This document shows positions 47,288 to 59,091 of a stretch of DNA of 64,000 bases, in pieces. The notes below the pieces were generated by a model. That model was not told the DNA's origin. It saw nothing but the letters and a program-made list of their open reading frames with translations, and searched no databases. The stretch's first letter is position 1. Each line of letters begins with the position of its first letter. The stretch comes from an uncultured bacterium (GTDB taxonomy: Bacteria; Zixibacteria; MSB-5A5; JAABVY01; JAHJOQ01). Position numbers and translations under genes: made by a program. The stretch covers positions 7,951 to 71,950 of the forward strand of contig CBDUQR010000004.1 in NCBI GenBank assembly GCA_965369655.1. The letters run 5' to 3'.

Positions 47288-47885
47288 GCAAAGCCTTTAC
47301 GTGCGCGGCAGATGTGGACATTTGCCGCGCACGGACACTCAGAACTGGCAAGTGAGCGTGACCTACAGCCTGGGACTCGCCGTGAGGTCTGCCGCCCACG
47401 CCAGATTTCATGACTGACAACTCAGCTTGGGTGAGTCGCCTGACAGATCGAAATATGCATCGGAACTCGTGTCCACGTTTGCTGAAATCCTACTTCTGGA
47501 CGGCAAGTTTAGTATTGACCGGAACCAATATTTTAGTATATTACAGTTGTTCGTTTCGGATGGGAAAAAAGAATATACTCTCTATCACACAGGCGGCGTC
47601 TGCATGTGTTTCGCATCGCCTGAAAGCACAAAAAAGTTGAGCCGTTTTGTTTCACTGGAACGGCAGTGTGACCCGCGAATTTGTCGCAGGCGGTACTGTC
47701 TCGCTGCTGCCAGCGTGCGTCCTTTCGCAGTATCCCTGATGCAACGATATCTTATCAACAAGGATGTCGTCGCCCAGCAAGACATACAGGTGACATTTTT
47801 TGTTCGAGCCTGAGCAACCCTTGATAAACGTATTGTGTGAGAACAAGAATGAAGATATAATTTCCTGAGTGAATATGCATCTGAT

Positions 47886-50291
47886 TTGGGAGGACAAATG
47901 TACGGATTAAAGTCTTTGTTTGGCGCCATGCTCATTGTGGTTATGCTGTCGGGTCTGGCTGTCGCCGATCCGCCCAGCAGTTTCGATCTGCGCGATGTAG
48001 GCGGTCAAAACTATGTAACGTCAGTCAAGAGCCAGAGTGGTGGAACCTGCTGGACTCATGGCGTTATGGCGGCTATGGAAGGGAACATGATGATTACGGG
48101 GGCATGGACTGCCAACGGAGAGTCGGGCGAACCCAATCTCGCAGAATATCATCTCGACTGGTGGAACGGTTTCAATCAGCACAACAACGATGATACCGAT
48201 CCGCCGACAGGTGGTGGGCTGACTGTTCACCAGGGCGGCGATTATCGCGTCTCATCCGCCTACCTGACCCGTGGAGAAGGAGCCGTTCGCGACATCGACG
48301 GCCAATCGTACAGCACTCCCCCGCTCAGAGATGATCCGAGTTACCATTACTATTATGCCCCTGAAATCGAATGGTACGTTGCCGAGTCCGATCTGAGCAA
48401 TATCAACACGATCAAACAGGCGATTATGGATTATGGCGTGATGGGAACCTGTTTGTGCTACGACAGCCAGTTCATGTCCGGTTACATTCACTATCAGCCT
48501 CCGACCAGCACGCTCGACCCGAATCATGCGGTCGCAATCGTCGGTTGGGATAACAACAAGGTAACACAGGCTCCTCTTCCGGGCGCTTGGCTTATCAAGA
48601 ACAGTTGGGGAAGTTCATGGGGAGAAGGCGGCTACTTCTGGATTTCATACTACGACAAGCATTGCTGCCAGAATCCGGAAATGGGTGCGATTTCTTTTCA
48701 GGATGTCGAGCCGATGCAGTATGAGAAAGTCTACTATCACGACTACCACGGCTGGCGCGACACAAAGGCTGATGCTGACATTGCGTTCAATGCGTTCGTC
48801 GCCGAGAATGAAGAGTTGCTCGAAACTGTCAGTTTCTTCACGGCTGCCGACAATGTGCTTTACTCCGTGATAGTCTACGATCGTTACGAAGGTGGCGAAC
48901 TGTACGATGAACTGGGGAGCGCGTCCGGTACAATCACTTACACCGGATTTCATACTATAGAATTGCTTTCACCCGTCGAATTAAGTCCGGGTCAGGATTT
49001 CTATATCTACATGCAGCTTTCCGATGGTGGTCACGCATATGACCGGACATCAGACGTGCCTGTCCTGCTTGGCGCGAAGTATCGCGTGATAGTCGAGTCA
49101 TCATCAAGCCCAGGGCAGAGCTACTACTACGACTGGAACGAATCTCAGTTCGTCGACCTGTATGATTTCGACAGCACGGCCAACTTTTGCATCAAGGGTC
49201 TTTCTGTTCAGAATCTGAGCCTGAGTATATCTTGCCCTGATGGTACACCTGATTTGCTGACGCCGGGCGAGACGGAATTCTTCACGGTCGAGATCCTGGA
49301 TGGAAAAGAAACCTATGTGCCGGGTACCGGGATACTTCATTATCGATACGACGGAGGGGAATTCCTGACCGCGCCGCTGACTCCTCTGACAGGTAATCTG
49401 TATGAGGCGACGTTGCCGGGCGCCACCTGCAGTGACACGCCGGAATTCTTTGTCAGCGCTCAGGGTGATGGCGGCACGACGGTATATTCGCCTACCGACG
49501 CTCCCGCGAGTACGTTCACCGCAATCGTGGGAACTTACACGACATTGATGCAGGATGATTTCGAAACAGATATGGGTTGGACGACCCAGAATCTCGGAGC
49601 TACGAATGGTCTGTGGGAGCGCGGAGTTCCTGTCAATGATCCCGGCTGGGATTATGATCCTGAGTCGGATGCCGACGGGAGCGGACAGTGCTACCTGACG
49701 CAGAACCAGATGGGTAATACCGATGTGGACGACGGCGCTGTTCGCCTGAAATCGCCGATAATCGACATGTCGCAGGGAGGAATCATCTCGTATTATTACT
49801 ATCTCCTCCTGACAGACGCCGCAGACGGTGTCGACAGAATTCTCGTAGAAATCAACAGCGATGGCGGCATCGGCACGTGGACAGAAATAGCCAGACATGA
49901 CACTGACGGTGGACTCTACTGGCGACACCACGAGATTACCGAAGCCGATTTGACAATAGCAGGTGTGTCGTTCACGTCAACTATGGTGGTTCGATTCACC
50001 GCAAATGACGGTAATCCACAGAGTATCGTCGAAGCCGGTATTGACGGATTCCATCTGACCCTGTTCGAATGCGACTACGAGCCATTCTTGTGCGGAGACG
50101 CCGACGACAGCGGTGGAGTTGACATAGATGATGTCGTCTATTTGATCAACTACATCTTCGGAGGCGGACCGGCACCAGATCCTTTGGAAGTTGGAGATGT
50201 CGACTGTTCGGGAGAAGTTGACATAGACGATGTCGTCTATCTTATCAATTACATATTTGGAGGAGGTCCGGTGCCATGCGACGGCTGTTAG
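47886..50291 (+). CDS. papain-family (C1) cysteine peptidase with extended C-terminal domains and double dockerin-like repeat
   Basis: Signal peptide; catalytic Cys context QSQSGGTCWTHG, His context NHAVAIVGWDNN, Asn context NSWGSSWGEGGYF; C-terminus GDADDSGGVDIDDVVYLINYIFGGGPAPDP...GDVDCSGEVDIDDVVYLINYIFGGGPVPCD. Confidence 0.8.
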   Translation: MGGQMYGLKSLFGAMLIVVMLSGLAVADPPSSFDLRDVGGQNYVTSVKSQSGGTCWTHGVMAAMEGNMMITGAWTANGESGEPNLAEYHLDWWNGFNQHNNDDTDPPTGGGLTVHQGGDYRVSSAYLTRGEGAVRDIDGQSYSTPPLRDDPSYHYYYAPEIEWYVAESDLSNINTIKQAIMDYGVMGTCLCYDSQFMSGYIHYQPPTSTLDPNHAVAIVGWDNNKVTQAPLPGAWLIKNSWGSSWGEGGYFWISYYDKHCCQNPEMGAISFQDVEPMQYEKVYYHDYHGWRDTKADADIAFNAFVAENEELLETVSFFTAADNVLYSVIVYDRYEGGELYDELGSASGTITYTGFHTIELLSPVELSPGQDFYIYMQLSDGGHAYDRTSDVPVLLGAKYRVIVESSSSPGQSYYYDWNESQFVDLYDFDSTANFCIKGLSVQNLSLSISCPDGTPDLLTPGETEFFTVEILDGKETYVPGTGILHYRYDGGEFLTAPLTPLTGNLYEATLPGATCSDTPEFFVSAQGDGGTTVYSPTDAPASTFTAIVGTYTTLMQDDFETDMGWTTQNLGATNGLWERGVPVNDPGWDYDPESDADGSGQCYLTQNQMGNTDVDDGAVRLKSPIIDMSQGGIISYYYYLLLTDAADGVDRILVEINSDGGIGTWTEIARHDTDGGLYWRHHEITEADLTIAGVSFTSTMVVRFTANDGNPQSIVEAGIDGFHLTLFECDYEPFLCGDADDSGGVDIDDVVYLINYIFGGGPAPDPLEVGDVDCSGEVDIDDVVYLINYIFGGGPVPCDGC

Positions 50292-50554
50292 CGGCACAAA
50301 CATAGATTAGCCTTGTCGATTGAATCGGAATGATTATATTGAGCAGGTACATCATGATTGGCGGGTCGGAAAACCCGGCCCGTCGATTGTTTCGTCAGCT
50401 AATAAGAAAATATAGTACAAATCTCCATGGATGGATTGGAAATAGTAAATCGGTCGATTTACAGATAATTTCGTTTGTCTCCGGCAATCATGTCGGGAGA
50501 AGCTGAGAGAGAGGAAGCAAGAGGAGAACATCTTAATAAAGGAATGGTGGCAGG

Positions 50555-53500
50555 ATGAGACCAGCATTGAACAGCAAGAGCGGATGGTGTATCGTTTTGA
50601 CCGCACTGGTCCTGGCGATCTCGATTCCAGTAGACGGGTTTGCGGAGCAGATCAAGCTCGACTACTACTTCGACGAGCCGACCATATCCGATGTGAAAAT
50701 CGGTGATGTCATTTACGACAGAATTACTATCCCCGGGTGCCCGAAATCGGGTAACACGGGTCAGCCAGCTCTGCCCGCCAAAGGAGCCCGCATTCTGCTA
50801 CCTTACGGCACCGAGGTTGAGAGCATCGAAATCGTTACAGGCGAACGGATAGTGCTTGGAGACGGCTTCTTTGTTGAGCCGGTTTCACCGCAGGGCAAAC
50901 TGACATCGGCACCCGCTGAACCGCTCCTGCCGGTACCGGATGAGCAAATATACAGCTCTGACCAGCTGTTTCCGGGGGCAATGTTCAAGAACGTCGGGAC
51001 CCAGGTGTTTCGCGGCTACAACATCCTGATCATCAAGCTTCAGCCGGTACAGTACACGCCGACATCGGGCGAGTTGTCATACTGCCCGGAGCTTTCGGTG
51101 ATTGTGAATACGGTGCCTTCGGAGAAATCCGTCGACATGTTCCGAGGATTGGAAATCGATGCGGCGGAAGTCGAATCACGAGTGGACAACCCCAACATGA
51201 TCGCCAGCTATGAGGCTTCCGGGAAGCTTGGCCGGGCTGATTTCGATTTCCTGATCATTACTACTTCCAGCCTGGTGGGTTCATTTCAGCCTCTGGCGGA
51301 TTATCACAATGCAAATGGCATAATCACGCAGATTCGTACAACCAACGATGTCGGTAGCACCGACCCTGATGATATCCGGCAATATATCAGGGATCGCTAC
51401 CAGCTTGACGGAATCACATACGTGTTGATCGGTGCCGATGACGACATTATCCCCGCCAAGAATCTTTTTGTTCGAATGTCCTATCCGAGCGGCGAGGCGG
51501 AATACAATATGCCCGCGGATATTTACTTCCAGTGCCTCGACGGGACCTACAACTACGACGGGGATTCATACTGGGGAGAGCCGACGGATGGTGATGGTGG
51601 CGGTGACGTCGATCTCGTAGCGGAAGTCTATATCGGCAGAGCATCTGTTGGAAACTATACGGAAGCTGATCGATTCGTCTCCAAGACCCTCCAGTACCTT
51701 ACAGCATCTGCGCCTTATCTGCAGGAAGTTCTGCTTGTCGGTGAGCACCTCGGATTTGGTGGCCCTGCCGAATACGCTCATGAGTATCTCAATGAACTCG
51801 TCGACGGGTCCAGCATGCACGGATACACAACAGTCGGAATCCCGTCAGATATTTACAGCATCGACAGCCTCTACGAGTTCATCTACACCTGGCCAAAGTC
51901 GGACCTGACTACCAGGATCAATAACGGCCTTCATGTGGTCAACCATCTTGGGCACGGCAGTGAAGACTATGCCATGAAGCTGTACAACAGCGACGTCATG
52001 AGCGATCTGACCAATGCCGATCACTGCTTTGTCTACTCTCAGACTTGTCTCGCCGGACATTTTGATGGCACCGATTGCTGGGCGGAGTACATGAATATTA
52101 AGACCGACCACGGCGCTTTCGCAGTCATCATGAACGCTCGCTATGGTTTTGGTGAATTCAACAGCACTGATGGCGCATCGCAGCGCTTCAATCGCGAGTT
52201 CTGGGATGCCATGTTCAATCTGACAGAGGGCAAGACCAGGCTCGGTCCTGCCAACATCGACTCCAAAGAGGACAACATTTATCGTATCGGCGATGACTAC
52301 ATGAGATGGGTCTACTATGGATTGAACCTGTTCGGAGATCCGACGATCTCCTTCAAGGGTGTAGCGACGATTGGATTCCAATATCCTCTTGGCATACCGG
52401 AAATGGTACCCCCTGGTGTTACTACTCCGTTCGAAGTCGAAGTGATGGGTGTCGGTGACGGTGTGCCAGTGCCCGGAACAGGTCAGTTGCACTACTCTAT
52501 CGACGGCGGCCCTGTCCAGACGGTTCAGATGAACGAGATATCTACGAACTATTACGAGACACAACTGCCCGCCATTTCCTGCGGCGAAGTTCTCGAGTTC
52601 TATGTCAGCGCCGAGGAGGTCGAACACGGACGAATCTATCATCCGAATCCCAATTCACCCAATGTGGTAAACGCCGTTACAGAGATAGCCACTGTTTTCC
52701 AGGATGATTTCGAGACCGACATGGGTTGGTCGATCTCCGGAGGAAACTGGGCGCGCGGCATACCGACCGGTGGCGGAGGCGAATATGGCAATCCCGACCC
52801 GACAAGCGGGTGTGTATTGCCCAATGTGTTCGGATACAACCTGAACGGCGACTACGAAAACAGCATGCCGCAACGGCATCTCACAAGCCCGGCGATAGAT
52901 TGTTCTGGTATAACCGATGTTACGCTTAAGTTCTGGAGATGGCTCGGGGTTGAGCAGTCGATGTATGACCATGCTTACGTTCGGGTCAGTAATGACGGAT
53001 CATCATGGACGACGGTCTGGGAGAATACAGGTGAAGTCTCCGATAACAACTGGATCGAAATCGAGATCGACATATCCGCTGTGGCCGACAACCAGTCCAC
53101 AGTCTATGTCCGATTCACAATGGGTACAACCGACAGCGGCTGGAGATATTGCGGCTGGAACCTTGATGATGTCCGTCTCATTGCGTACATTTGCGAGGAG
53201 GATACGGATTTCGATGACGACGGTATCCTGAACGCCGCCGACAACTGTCCATACACGTACAACCCGGACCAGGAAGACGCCGACGAGGATGCCGTTGGCG
53301 ATAGCTGTGACAACTGTATTCTCATAGCGAATCCGAATCAGGAGAACTCCGACGGTGACACATACGGCGATAGCTGTGATAACTGCATGCTGGTTGCTAA
53401 CCCGCTGCAGGAGGACTCGGACTCCGACGCCGTAGGCGATAGCTGTGACAACTGTATTACAACTTACAATCCTGATCAGGCTGATGGCGATGGCGACGGG

Positions 53501-53728
53501 ACTGGCGATGCATGCGAGTGGATATACGGCGACGCAAACAGCGATGGTATGATTGACATCGACGATGCTGTCTGGATTATACAGTTCATATTCGCAGGTG
53601 GCCCGGCTCCAGATCCTGAAGAAGCCGGCGACTGCGATTGCTCGGGTGAATGCGACATCGATGACGCCATTTACCTGATTCAGTATATCTTCAATCAAGG
53701 CCCCATTCCCGGAGAAGCGTGCATGTAA
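50555..53728 (+). CDS. clan CD cysteine peptidase (gingipain/C25-like) with Ig-like domains, four TSP3-like Ca-binding repeats and C-terminal dockerin-like repeat
   Basis: His-Gly and Cys dyad contexts [12 protein letters not shown] / [12 protein letters not shown]; repeats [26 protein letters not shown] (x4); C-terminus [30 protein letters not shown]...[28 protein letters not shown]. Confidence 0.65.
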   Translation: MRPALNSKSGWCIVLTALVLAISIPVDGFAEQIKLDYYFDEPTISDVKIGDVIYDRITIPGCPKSGNTGQPALPAKGARILLPYGTEVESIEIVTGERIVLGDGFFVEPVSPQGKLTSAPAEPLLPVPDEQIYSSDQLFPGAMFKNVGTQVFRGYNILIIKLQPVQYTPTSGELSYCPELSVIVNTVPSEKSVDMFRGLEIDAAEVESRVDNPNMIASYEASGKLGRADFDFLIITTSSLVGSFQPLADYHNANGIITQIRTTNDVGSTDPDDIRQYIRDRYQLDGITYVLIGADDDIIPAKNLFVRMSYPSGEAEYNMPADIYFQCLDGTYNYDGDSYWGEPTDGDGGGDVDLVAEVYIGRASVGNYTEADRFVSKTLQYLTASAPYLQEVLLVGEHLGFGGPAEYAHEYLNELVDGSSMHGYTTVGIPSDIYSIDSLYEFIYTWPKSDLTTRINNGLHVVNHLGHGSEDYAMKLYNSDVMSDLTNADHCFVYSQTCLAGHFDGTDCWAEYMNIKTDHGAFAVIMNARYGFGEFNSTDGASQRFNREFWDAMFNLTEGKTRLGPANIDSKEDNIYRIGDDYMRWVYYGLNLFGDPTISFKGVATIGFQYPLGIPEMVPPGVTTPFEVEVMGVGDGVPVPGTGQLHYSIDGGPVQTVQMNEISTNYYETQLPAISCGEVLEFYVSAEEVEHGRIYHPNPNSPNVVNAVTEIATVFQDDFETDMGWSISGGNWARGIPTGGGGEYGNPDPTSGCVLPNVFGYNLNGDYENSMPQRHLTSPAIDCSGITDVTLKFWRWLGVEQSMYDHAYVRVSNDGSSWTTVWENTGEVSDNNWIEIEIDISAVADNQSTVYVRFTMGTTDSGWRYCGWNLDDVRLIAYICEEDTDFDDDGILNAADNCPYTYNPDQEDADEDAVGDSCDNCILIANPNQENSDGDTYGDSCDNCMLVANPLQEDSDSDAVGDSCDNCITTYNPDQADGDGDGTGDACEWIYGDANSDGMIDIDDAVWIIQFIFAGGPAPDPEEAGDCDCSGECDIDDAIYLIQYIFNQGPIPGEACM

Positions 53729-53755
53729 GGGAAATCGCCTTAGCTGAGTAATCGT

Positions 53756-53795
53756 GAAGTCCCCTTCATCCGATATAAAGGGGACTTCTTTGTTT
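53756..53795 (+). terminator. rho-independent terminator after the C25-like peptidase gene
   Basis: gaagtcccctt-catccgatata-aaggggacttc followed by tttgttt. Confidence 0.6.
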
Positions 53796-53922
53796 ACACA
53801 GTATTGACATTAACAAAACCCTCAGTATATTCCGACAGTACTGAATAGCGGATTTTGCCGCTGCAATATCAACAACCCACCCCCGATATACCGGGCAGTG
53901 GGATTTCTGTGTTTGTTTTAAT

Positions 53923-56900
53923 ATGGCTCTGAAGAATACTGTCCTGACCCTGTTCAAGGAATCGCGCGTCTATCGCGCGGTTCTGGAGAAATTGACATCG
54001 GATGACAGTGTCTGCGTGTCGCAGCTCAATGGATCGGCAAGGTCATTCCTGCTGTCGGGCATCTTCGAAGATTCTGATTCGAGGTGGATCGTTGTCACGC
54101 CCGGAGAGCATGAAGCCGAGAATATAGCCAGCGACATAAACGAAATCCTCGGCGCCACAGTCGCATATCACTTCCCGGATCTCGGAGTCCATCCGTATCA
54201 ATGGAAATCTCCGCAGCCCGAGACGGTAGGTGCGCGCCTCGAAGCCCTGCTGCAGCTCCGACGCTCTGAACAAGTTATCGTAACAGCTTCCATCAAGGCG
54301 TTGATGGAGCCGACGATCTCGCCCGTTGATCTCGATAGATCATCACTCTGTCTCGATGCCGGTCATGAAATGGCGATGGAGGATGTCATCGCGAAGCTGG
54401 TCGAACTCGGCTATGAGCGGATGCCGCTTGTGGAGGAAGTCGGCAATTACTCCGTCAGAGGCGGGATCCTCGACATCTTTCCGAACACGAGCGAGAACCC
54501 TGTGCGCGTGGAATACTTCGGCGATCTAATCGAATCTATCAGGCTCTTTTCGGTAACCAGTCAGAGATCTATCGGCATGATCGATTCGGTCAAACTCCTT
54601 CCCCAGCGCGAGATGCCCCTCGACGGCGAAAAGCTCGAAACAATGCTCTCCTCGATCAAGAATGAAGAGGCTGCCGACATATTGCGCGAAAAATTCAAGT
54701 TTGGGATCGACTATCCGGGTCTCGAATGGGCGGGCAGCCTGTTGATTGGCAGCAGACATCACCTCTTTGATTTCGTCGATTCATCCGACAGGCTGTATGT
54801 CGTCGAACCGGACATGGTGGCAACCGAGGCGGATAAGCTGTGGGATGAGTTTGAACTCAAGTACTACGATGCGGACCCATCAGGACAATTATTCCCATCT
54901 CCCGACCGGATATTCCGAAACCCGGATGACGCAGCAGAGGATATCGAATCCAGACGATCGATCAAAGAAACAGCATTCAGCTCAGGCAGAGATGGCTCGA
55001 TCGCATTCGGAACCGGCGACCATCCGGTCATCAATGCCCGGATGAAAATACTACAACAAGAGATCGGGGAATTCTTGTCGGCCGGACGCCGGGTTTTCAT
55101 CGCCTGCGACAACAAGGTCCAGTTAGAGCGCATGGAAGAAATGCTCGCCGAACATGCCGATAAGTGTACGCTGATCATAGCAGACATCAGCAAAGGCTTC
55201 ACATATTCTTCAGAGAATCTCGTACTCCTGTGCGATCATGAGATTTTCGCGAGAAGATTCCACAGGCGTAGAATCAGGCGCAGCAGAGAAGGAGTGGCGC
55301 TCTCATCCTACACGAATCTGAACGTGGGGGACTACGTCGTGCATGTCGATTACGGAATCGGCAGATATCGGGGTCTCAAGGAAATCACCGTCGACAAACG
55401 AAGGCGTGACTGCCTGCTGATCATGTATCAGGGAAATGATCGACTCTATGTCCCGATCGAGGAATTCGGACGTGTCCAGAAATATGTCGGGAAAGAAGGC
55501 AAACCACAGATCACCAGACTCGGCGGAACAACCTGGGAGAAGGTCAAGGCGCGGACAAAGAAGGCTATCGCGGATATGGCGGAGGAGTTGATAAAGCTCT
55601 ACGCCGAGAGAAAATCCAAACCCGGATTCGCTTTCTGTCCCGATGACAACTGGATGCATCAACTCGAAGCCTCGTTCCCGTACGACGAAACACCGGATCA
55701 ACTTTCTGCAATCGACGATATCAAGAGTGACATGGAAGCGGCCAGCTCGATGGACCGCCTCATCTGCGGGGACGTCGGATTCGGCAAGACCGAGGTCGCG
55801 ATCAGGGCGGCATTCAAATGTGTGAACGACGGCAAACAGGCGGCGGTGCTTGTCCCGACAACGATTCTCGCGCAGCAGCATCTCACGACATTCACCGAGC
55901 GATTGAAAGACTTTCCGATCAAGACGGAGATGCTTTCGCGGTTCAGGTCACGAAAGGAACAGAAGCAGATCATAGAGGATCTTGCGGAAGGTAAGATCGA
56001 TATTATCGTGGGAACTCATCGCCTGCTGTCGAAGGACGTCAAATTCAGGGATCTCGGGCTTCTGGTTGTCGACGAGGAACAGAGATTCGGCGTAACTCAC
56101 AAAGAGAAGATCAAGAAGATGAAGCGGCTCGTCGACGCCATCACGATGACCGCGACGCCGATTCCCAGAACGATGCAGATGTCGCTTCTTGGTGCGCGCG
56201 ACATGTCGGTGATAAATACCTCCCCGAAAGATCGTCTGCCAATCAGAACGGAAATTGTCGAGTTCGATCCTGATTCGATCAGGGCCGCAATCCTCGCGGA
56301 AGTCGAGCGAGGCGGACAGGTCTATTTTGTGCACAATCGCGTACAGACGATCCTGTCGATCAAGCGATACCTCGAAAAGCTGTTGCCTGAAGTCAGGATA
56401 TGCGTCGGCCACGGGCAGATGCCCGAGAAAGAACTCGAGGACGTGATGTACCGATTTCTCATGAGGGAATACGACGTACTGCTCTGCACCTCGATCATCG
56501 AATCGGGTCTCGATATACCATCGGTCAACACGATTGTCATGAATCGCGCCGACCGGTTCGGACTGGCGCAGTTATATCAGCTCAGGGGGCGCGTCGGCAG
56601 ATCATCTCTCAAAGCGGTCGCCTACCTGCTTATACCGCCTGTGAGATTGCTGACCAACACGGCGAGGAAGCGACTGAAGGCTGTAGAACAGCATACGGAA
56701 CTTGGTTCCGGCTATCACCTTGCACTGCGCGATCTGGAAATCAGGGGCGCCGGAAACCTCCTCGGTTCGCAGCAGCATGGTTTCGTCGAAGAGGTTGGCT
56801 TTGATCTGTATCTCAAACTCCTTGACGAGGCGGTCAGACATCTGAAGGGAGAGGAGGCGACGCCGTCTATCGATGTCAGGATAGATACTGATGTCGACTT

Positions 56901-57312
56901 GTTCCTTCCCAACGAGTATGTGCCGGACAGCCGCCAGAAGGTCGACATCTACCAGCGCCTGGCACAGGCAAATACGTATGAGGCTGTGAATGATCTGGAG
57001 CGCGAGCTCATCGACCGCTTCGGCCCGTTGCCCGATTCGGCTGAGAACTTAATCAGGATGGCTGAGGTGAAAATACTCGCTGCTCGAGCGGGCATAGAGA
57101 AAGTTGTATTCAGAAAGGGCAAACTGAGACTCAGATATGCTCATGATATCGTTCCCGGGAAGCGAAAAATCGCTGCGCTTGCGGCTCAGGTGGACGATCC
57201 GCTCGAGTTCGCCACAGGAGACAGTTTCAATATCATGATCAGCCTCACCGACGATGAACCCAATTCATGGCAATCGAAAGTCAGAAACGTCTTGCAAAAT
57301 CTCATGTCATAG
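53923..57312 (+). CDS. mfd: transcription-repair coupling factor Mfd
   Basis: 1129 aa; UvrB-homology N-terminus, RNAP-interaction region, SF2 helicase motifs (GDVGFGKTEVA, DEEQRFG), TRG motif and C-terminal D7. Confidence 0.92.
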   Translation: MALKNTVLTLFKESRVYRAVLEKLTSDDSVCVSQLNGSARSFLLSGIFEDSDSRWIVVTPGEHEAENIASDINEILGATVAYHFPDLGVHPYQWKSPQPETVGARLEALLQLRRSEQVIVTASIKALMEPTISPVDLDRSSLCLDAGHEMAMEDVIAKLVELGYERMPLVEEVGNYSVRGGILDIFPNTSENPVRVEYFGDLIESIRLFSVTSQRSIGMIDSVKLLPQREMPLDGEKLETMLSSIKNEEAADILREKFKFGIDYPGLEWAGSLLIGSRHHLFDFVDSSDRLYVVEPDMVATEADKLWDEFELKYYDADPSGQLFPSPDRIFRNPDDAAEDIESRRSIKETAFSSGRDGSIAFGTGDHPVINARMKILQQEIGEFLSAGRRVFIACDNKVQLERMEEMLAEHADKCTLIIADISKGFTYSSENLVLLCDHEIFARRFHRRRIRRSREGVALSSYTNLNVGDYVVHVDYGIGRYRGLKEITVDKRRRDCLLIMYQGNDRLYVPIEEFGRVQKYVGKEGKPQITRLGGTTWEKVKARTKKAIADMAEELIKLYAERKSKPGFAFCPDDNWMHQLEASFPYDETPDQLSAIDDIKSDMEAASSMDRLICGDVGFGKTEVAIRAAFKCVNDGKQAAVLVPTTILAQQHLTTFTERLKDFPIKTEMLSRFRSRKEQKQIIEDLAEGKIDIIVGTHRLLSKDVKFRDLGLLVVDEEQRFGVTHKEKIKKMKRLVDAITMTATPIPRTMQMSLLGARDMSVINTSPKDRLPIRTEIVEFDPDSIRAAILAEVERGGQVYFVHNRVQTILSIKRYLEKLLPEVRICVGHGQMPEKELEDVMYRFLMREYDVLLCTSIIESGLDIPSVNTIVMNRADRFGLAQLYQLRGRVGRSSLKAVAYLLIPPVRLLTNTARKRLKAVEQHTELGSGYHLALRDLEIRGAGNLLGSQQHGFVEEVGFDLYLKLLDEAVRHLKGEEATPSIDVRIDTDVDLFLPNEYVPDSRQKVDIYQRLAQANTYEAVNDLERELIDRFGPLPDSAENLIRMAEVKILAARAGIEKVVFRKGKLRLRYAHDIVPGKRKIAALAAQVDDPLEFATGDSFNIMISLTDDEPNSWQSKVRNVLQNLMS

Positions 57313-57387
57313 CTACATTGCGTAATTCACGGCGTTGAAACACGGAAACGTCGCCCAGATACGATTGTATGATTCGAAGGAGCCGGA

Positions 57388-59091
57388 ATGATGCGTAAGG
57401 CAACACTGTATACAGTTATATTGACCCTGATCTTTCTTGCGGGGTGTGGAACCAGCAACGATGAAACTGTGGCGACTATCGGAAGCCACAAAGTAACACT
57501 CGGTGAGGTGAGGGACTTCGATATCGTCTTCCCCCAGAGGTTCGCATCCGCCGAGAAGGAATTCGAAGCGAAGAAACGACACGTTGATTCTCTGGTCAAT
57601 CTCAGGTTGTTGGTAATAGGAGCATACCAGAACGATCTCGATATCGACAGGGAAGTTCTGGACATTATCGAATCGCAGAAGCCGAAGTTCCTGCTCGACG
57701 AGCTTTACAAGAAAGAGATTTTGCCCAACACTAAAGTGACAGACGCCGAGATAGAGAGCTTCTACGAGAAGCTCAAAGAGGAAATACATATCAGCCACAT
57801 AATCGTCGACCGCCAGGAACTCGCTGACTCGCTCTACGAGGCGATCACGAATGGCGCGGATTTCGACCAGCTCGCGCGCGACTTCTCGCTCGATCAGTCG
57901 ACGGCGAGGCTCGGCGGAGATCTCGGATGGATCCGCTGGGGCAGGCTTCTCGACTCTTTCCAGGATGTAGTGTTCAAGATGTCACGGGAACAGATATCCA
58001 AGCCGTTCGAGACTGAATCGGGCTGGCATATCGTTCGACTGAACGAAAAAAGAGAATCGAATCCGGGTCCCTATGAGGACCTCAAGCCGATGCTCAGATC
58101 TCAGATCCAGAGCCGCAAGCAGCAGAACACCATGGACTCCTATCTGGACGGACTCGAGGAAAAATACGACGTCGAGCTGAATGACGAGGTTTACGAGACA
58201 ATGCTCGGTCTCATCAACAAGTTCTACCCCGATACGCTCGGCGGTAAGTATTTCCGCAAGACTTCGATAGATGGGGATATTCTCGAGGAGTACCAGAAGT
58301 CTCAGATTCTGGCTCACTACAAAGGTGGAGAGGTGACTGTCGGAGATTATTTCGATGCAATCAATGCCATGCCTGCTACGCAGAGGCCCGAGTTCAAGAA
58401 CAAGAGCGCCGTCAAACTCACAATCTTCTCGATGAATATGAACGATTTCCTGACAGTGGAAGCGCAGTCTCAGGGGCTCGACAAGGTCGAGAGTTATGAG
58501 AGGGTTATGAAGGTGTTCAGAGAAAGCGTCATGGCCGACAAGATGCGCACTCTGGTAACAGATGGAATCCCGGAACTGACGGACGAAGAGTATTACCAGT
58601 ATTATGATTCCCACATCGATGATTTCAGGAGCCCGGCCAGAGTAAAGGTCTCGGAAATCCGGGTCGATGACCTTGCATTCGCGGAATCACTCCGTACGCT
58701 TCTCGATAATGGCGCGGATTTCGAGACGCTGGCGGAGGAGCATACTACGCGGCCCGGGATGAAACCTCGCAAAGGCGATCTCGGTTACTTCGAGATCGGC
58801 AAGCGTCCCGAAATATACAAGCTTGCCGAGAAACTAAGGATCAATGAGATCAAGGGTCCGGCAAAGACAGACGATGGCAAATGGTCCATTATCAAGAAGA
58901 CCGGCTTCGAGGCGCCGCGTACAAAGGGTATCGAGGAAGTGGCAGCGAATATTCAGAAGCTGTTGAATTTTGAGAAACGGAAAATCGCCCTTGATAACTG
59001 GATTGAAGCGAAAAGTGCAGAAACGACAATCGAAGTAAACTATGACCTGATATGGGAGACAATCGATAAGAGCAAGTATGAAGATGATTAA
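57388..59091 (+). CDS. peptidyl-prolyl cis-trans isomerase lipoprotein (SurA/PrsA-like, parvulin domains)
   Basis: Lipobox LAGC; two PpiC-type rotamase domains (IHISHIIV...GGDLGWI; VKVSEIRV...KGDLGYF). Confidence 0.8.
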   Translation: MMRKATLYTVILTLIFLAGCGTSNDETVATIGSHKVTLGEVRDFDIVFPQRFASAEKEFEAKKRHVDSLVNLRLLVIGAYQNDLDIDREVLDIIESQKPKFLLDELYKKEILPNTKVTDAEIESFYEKLKEEIHISHIIVDRQELADSLYEAITNGADFDQLARDFSLDQSTARLGGDLGWIRWGRLLDSFQDVVFKMSREQISKPFETESGWHIVRLNEKRESNPGPYEDLKPMLRSQIQSRKQQNTMDSYLDGLEEKYDVELNDEVYETMLGLINKFYPDTLGGKYFRKTSIDGDILEEYQKSQILAHYKGGEVTVGDYFDAINAMPATQRPEFKNKSAVKLTIFSMNMNDFLTVEAQSQGLDKVESYERVMKVFRESVMADKMRTLVTDGIPELTDEEYYQYYDSHIDDFRSPARVKVSEIRVDDLAFAESLRTLLDNGADFETLAEEHTTRPGMKPRKGDLGYFEIGKRPEIYKLAEKLRINEIKGPAKTDDGKWSIIKKTGFEAPRTKGIEEVAANIQKLLNFEKRKIALDNWIEAKSAETTIEVNYDLIWETIDKSKYEDD

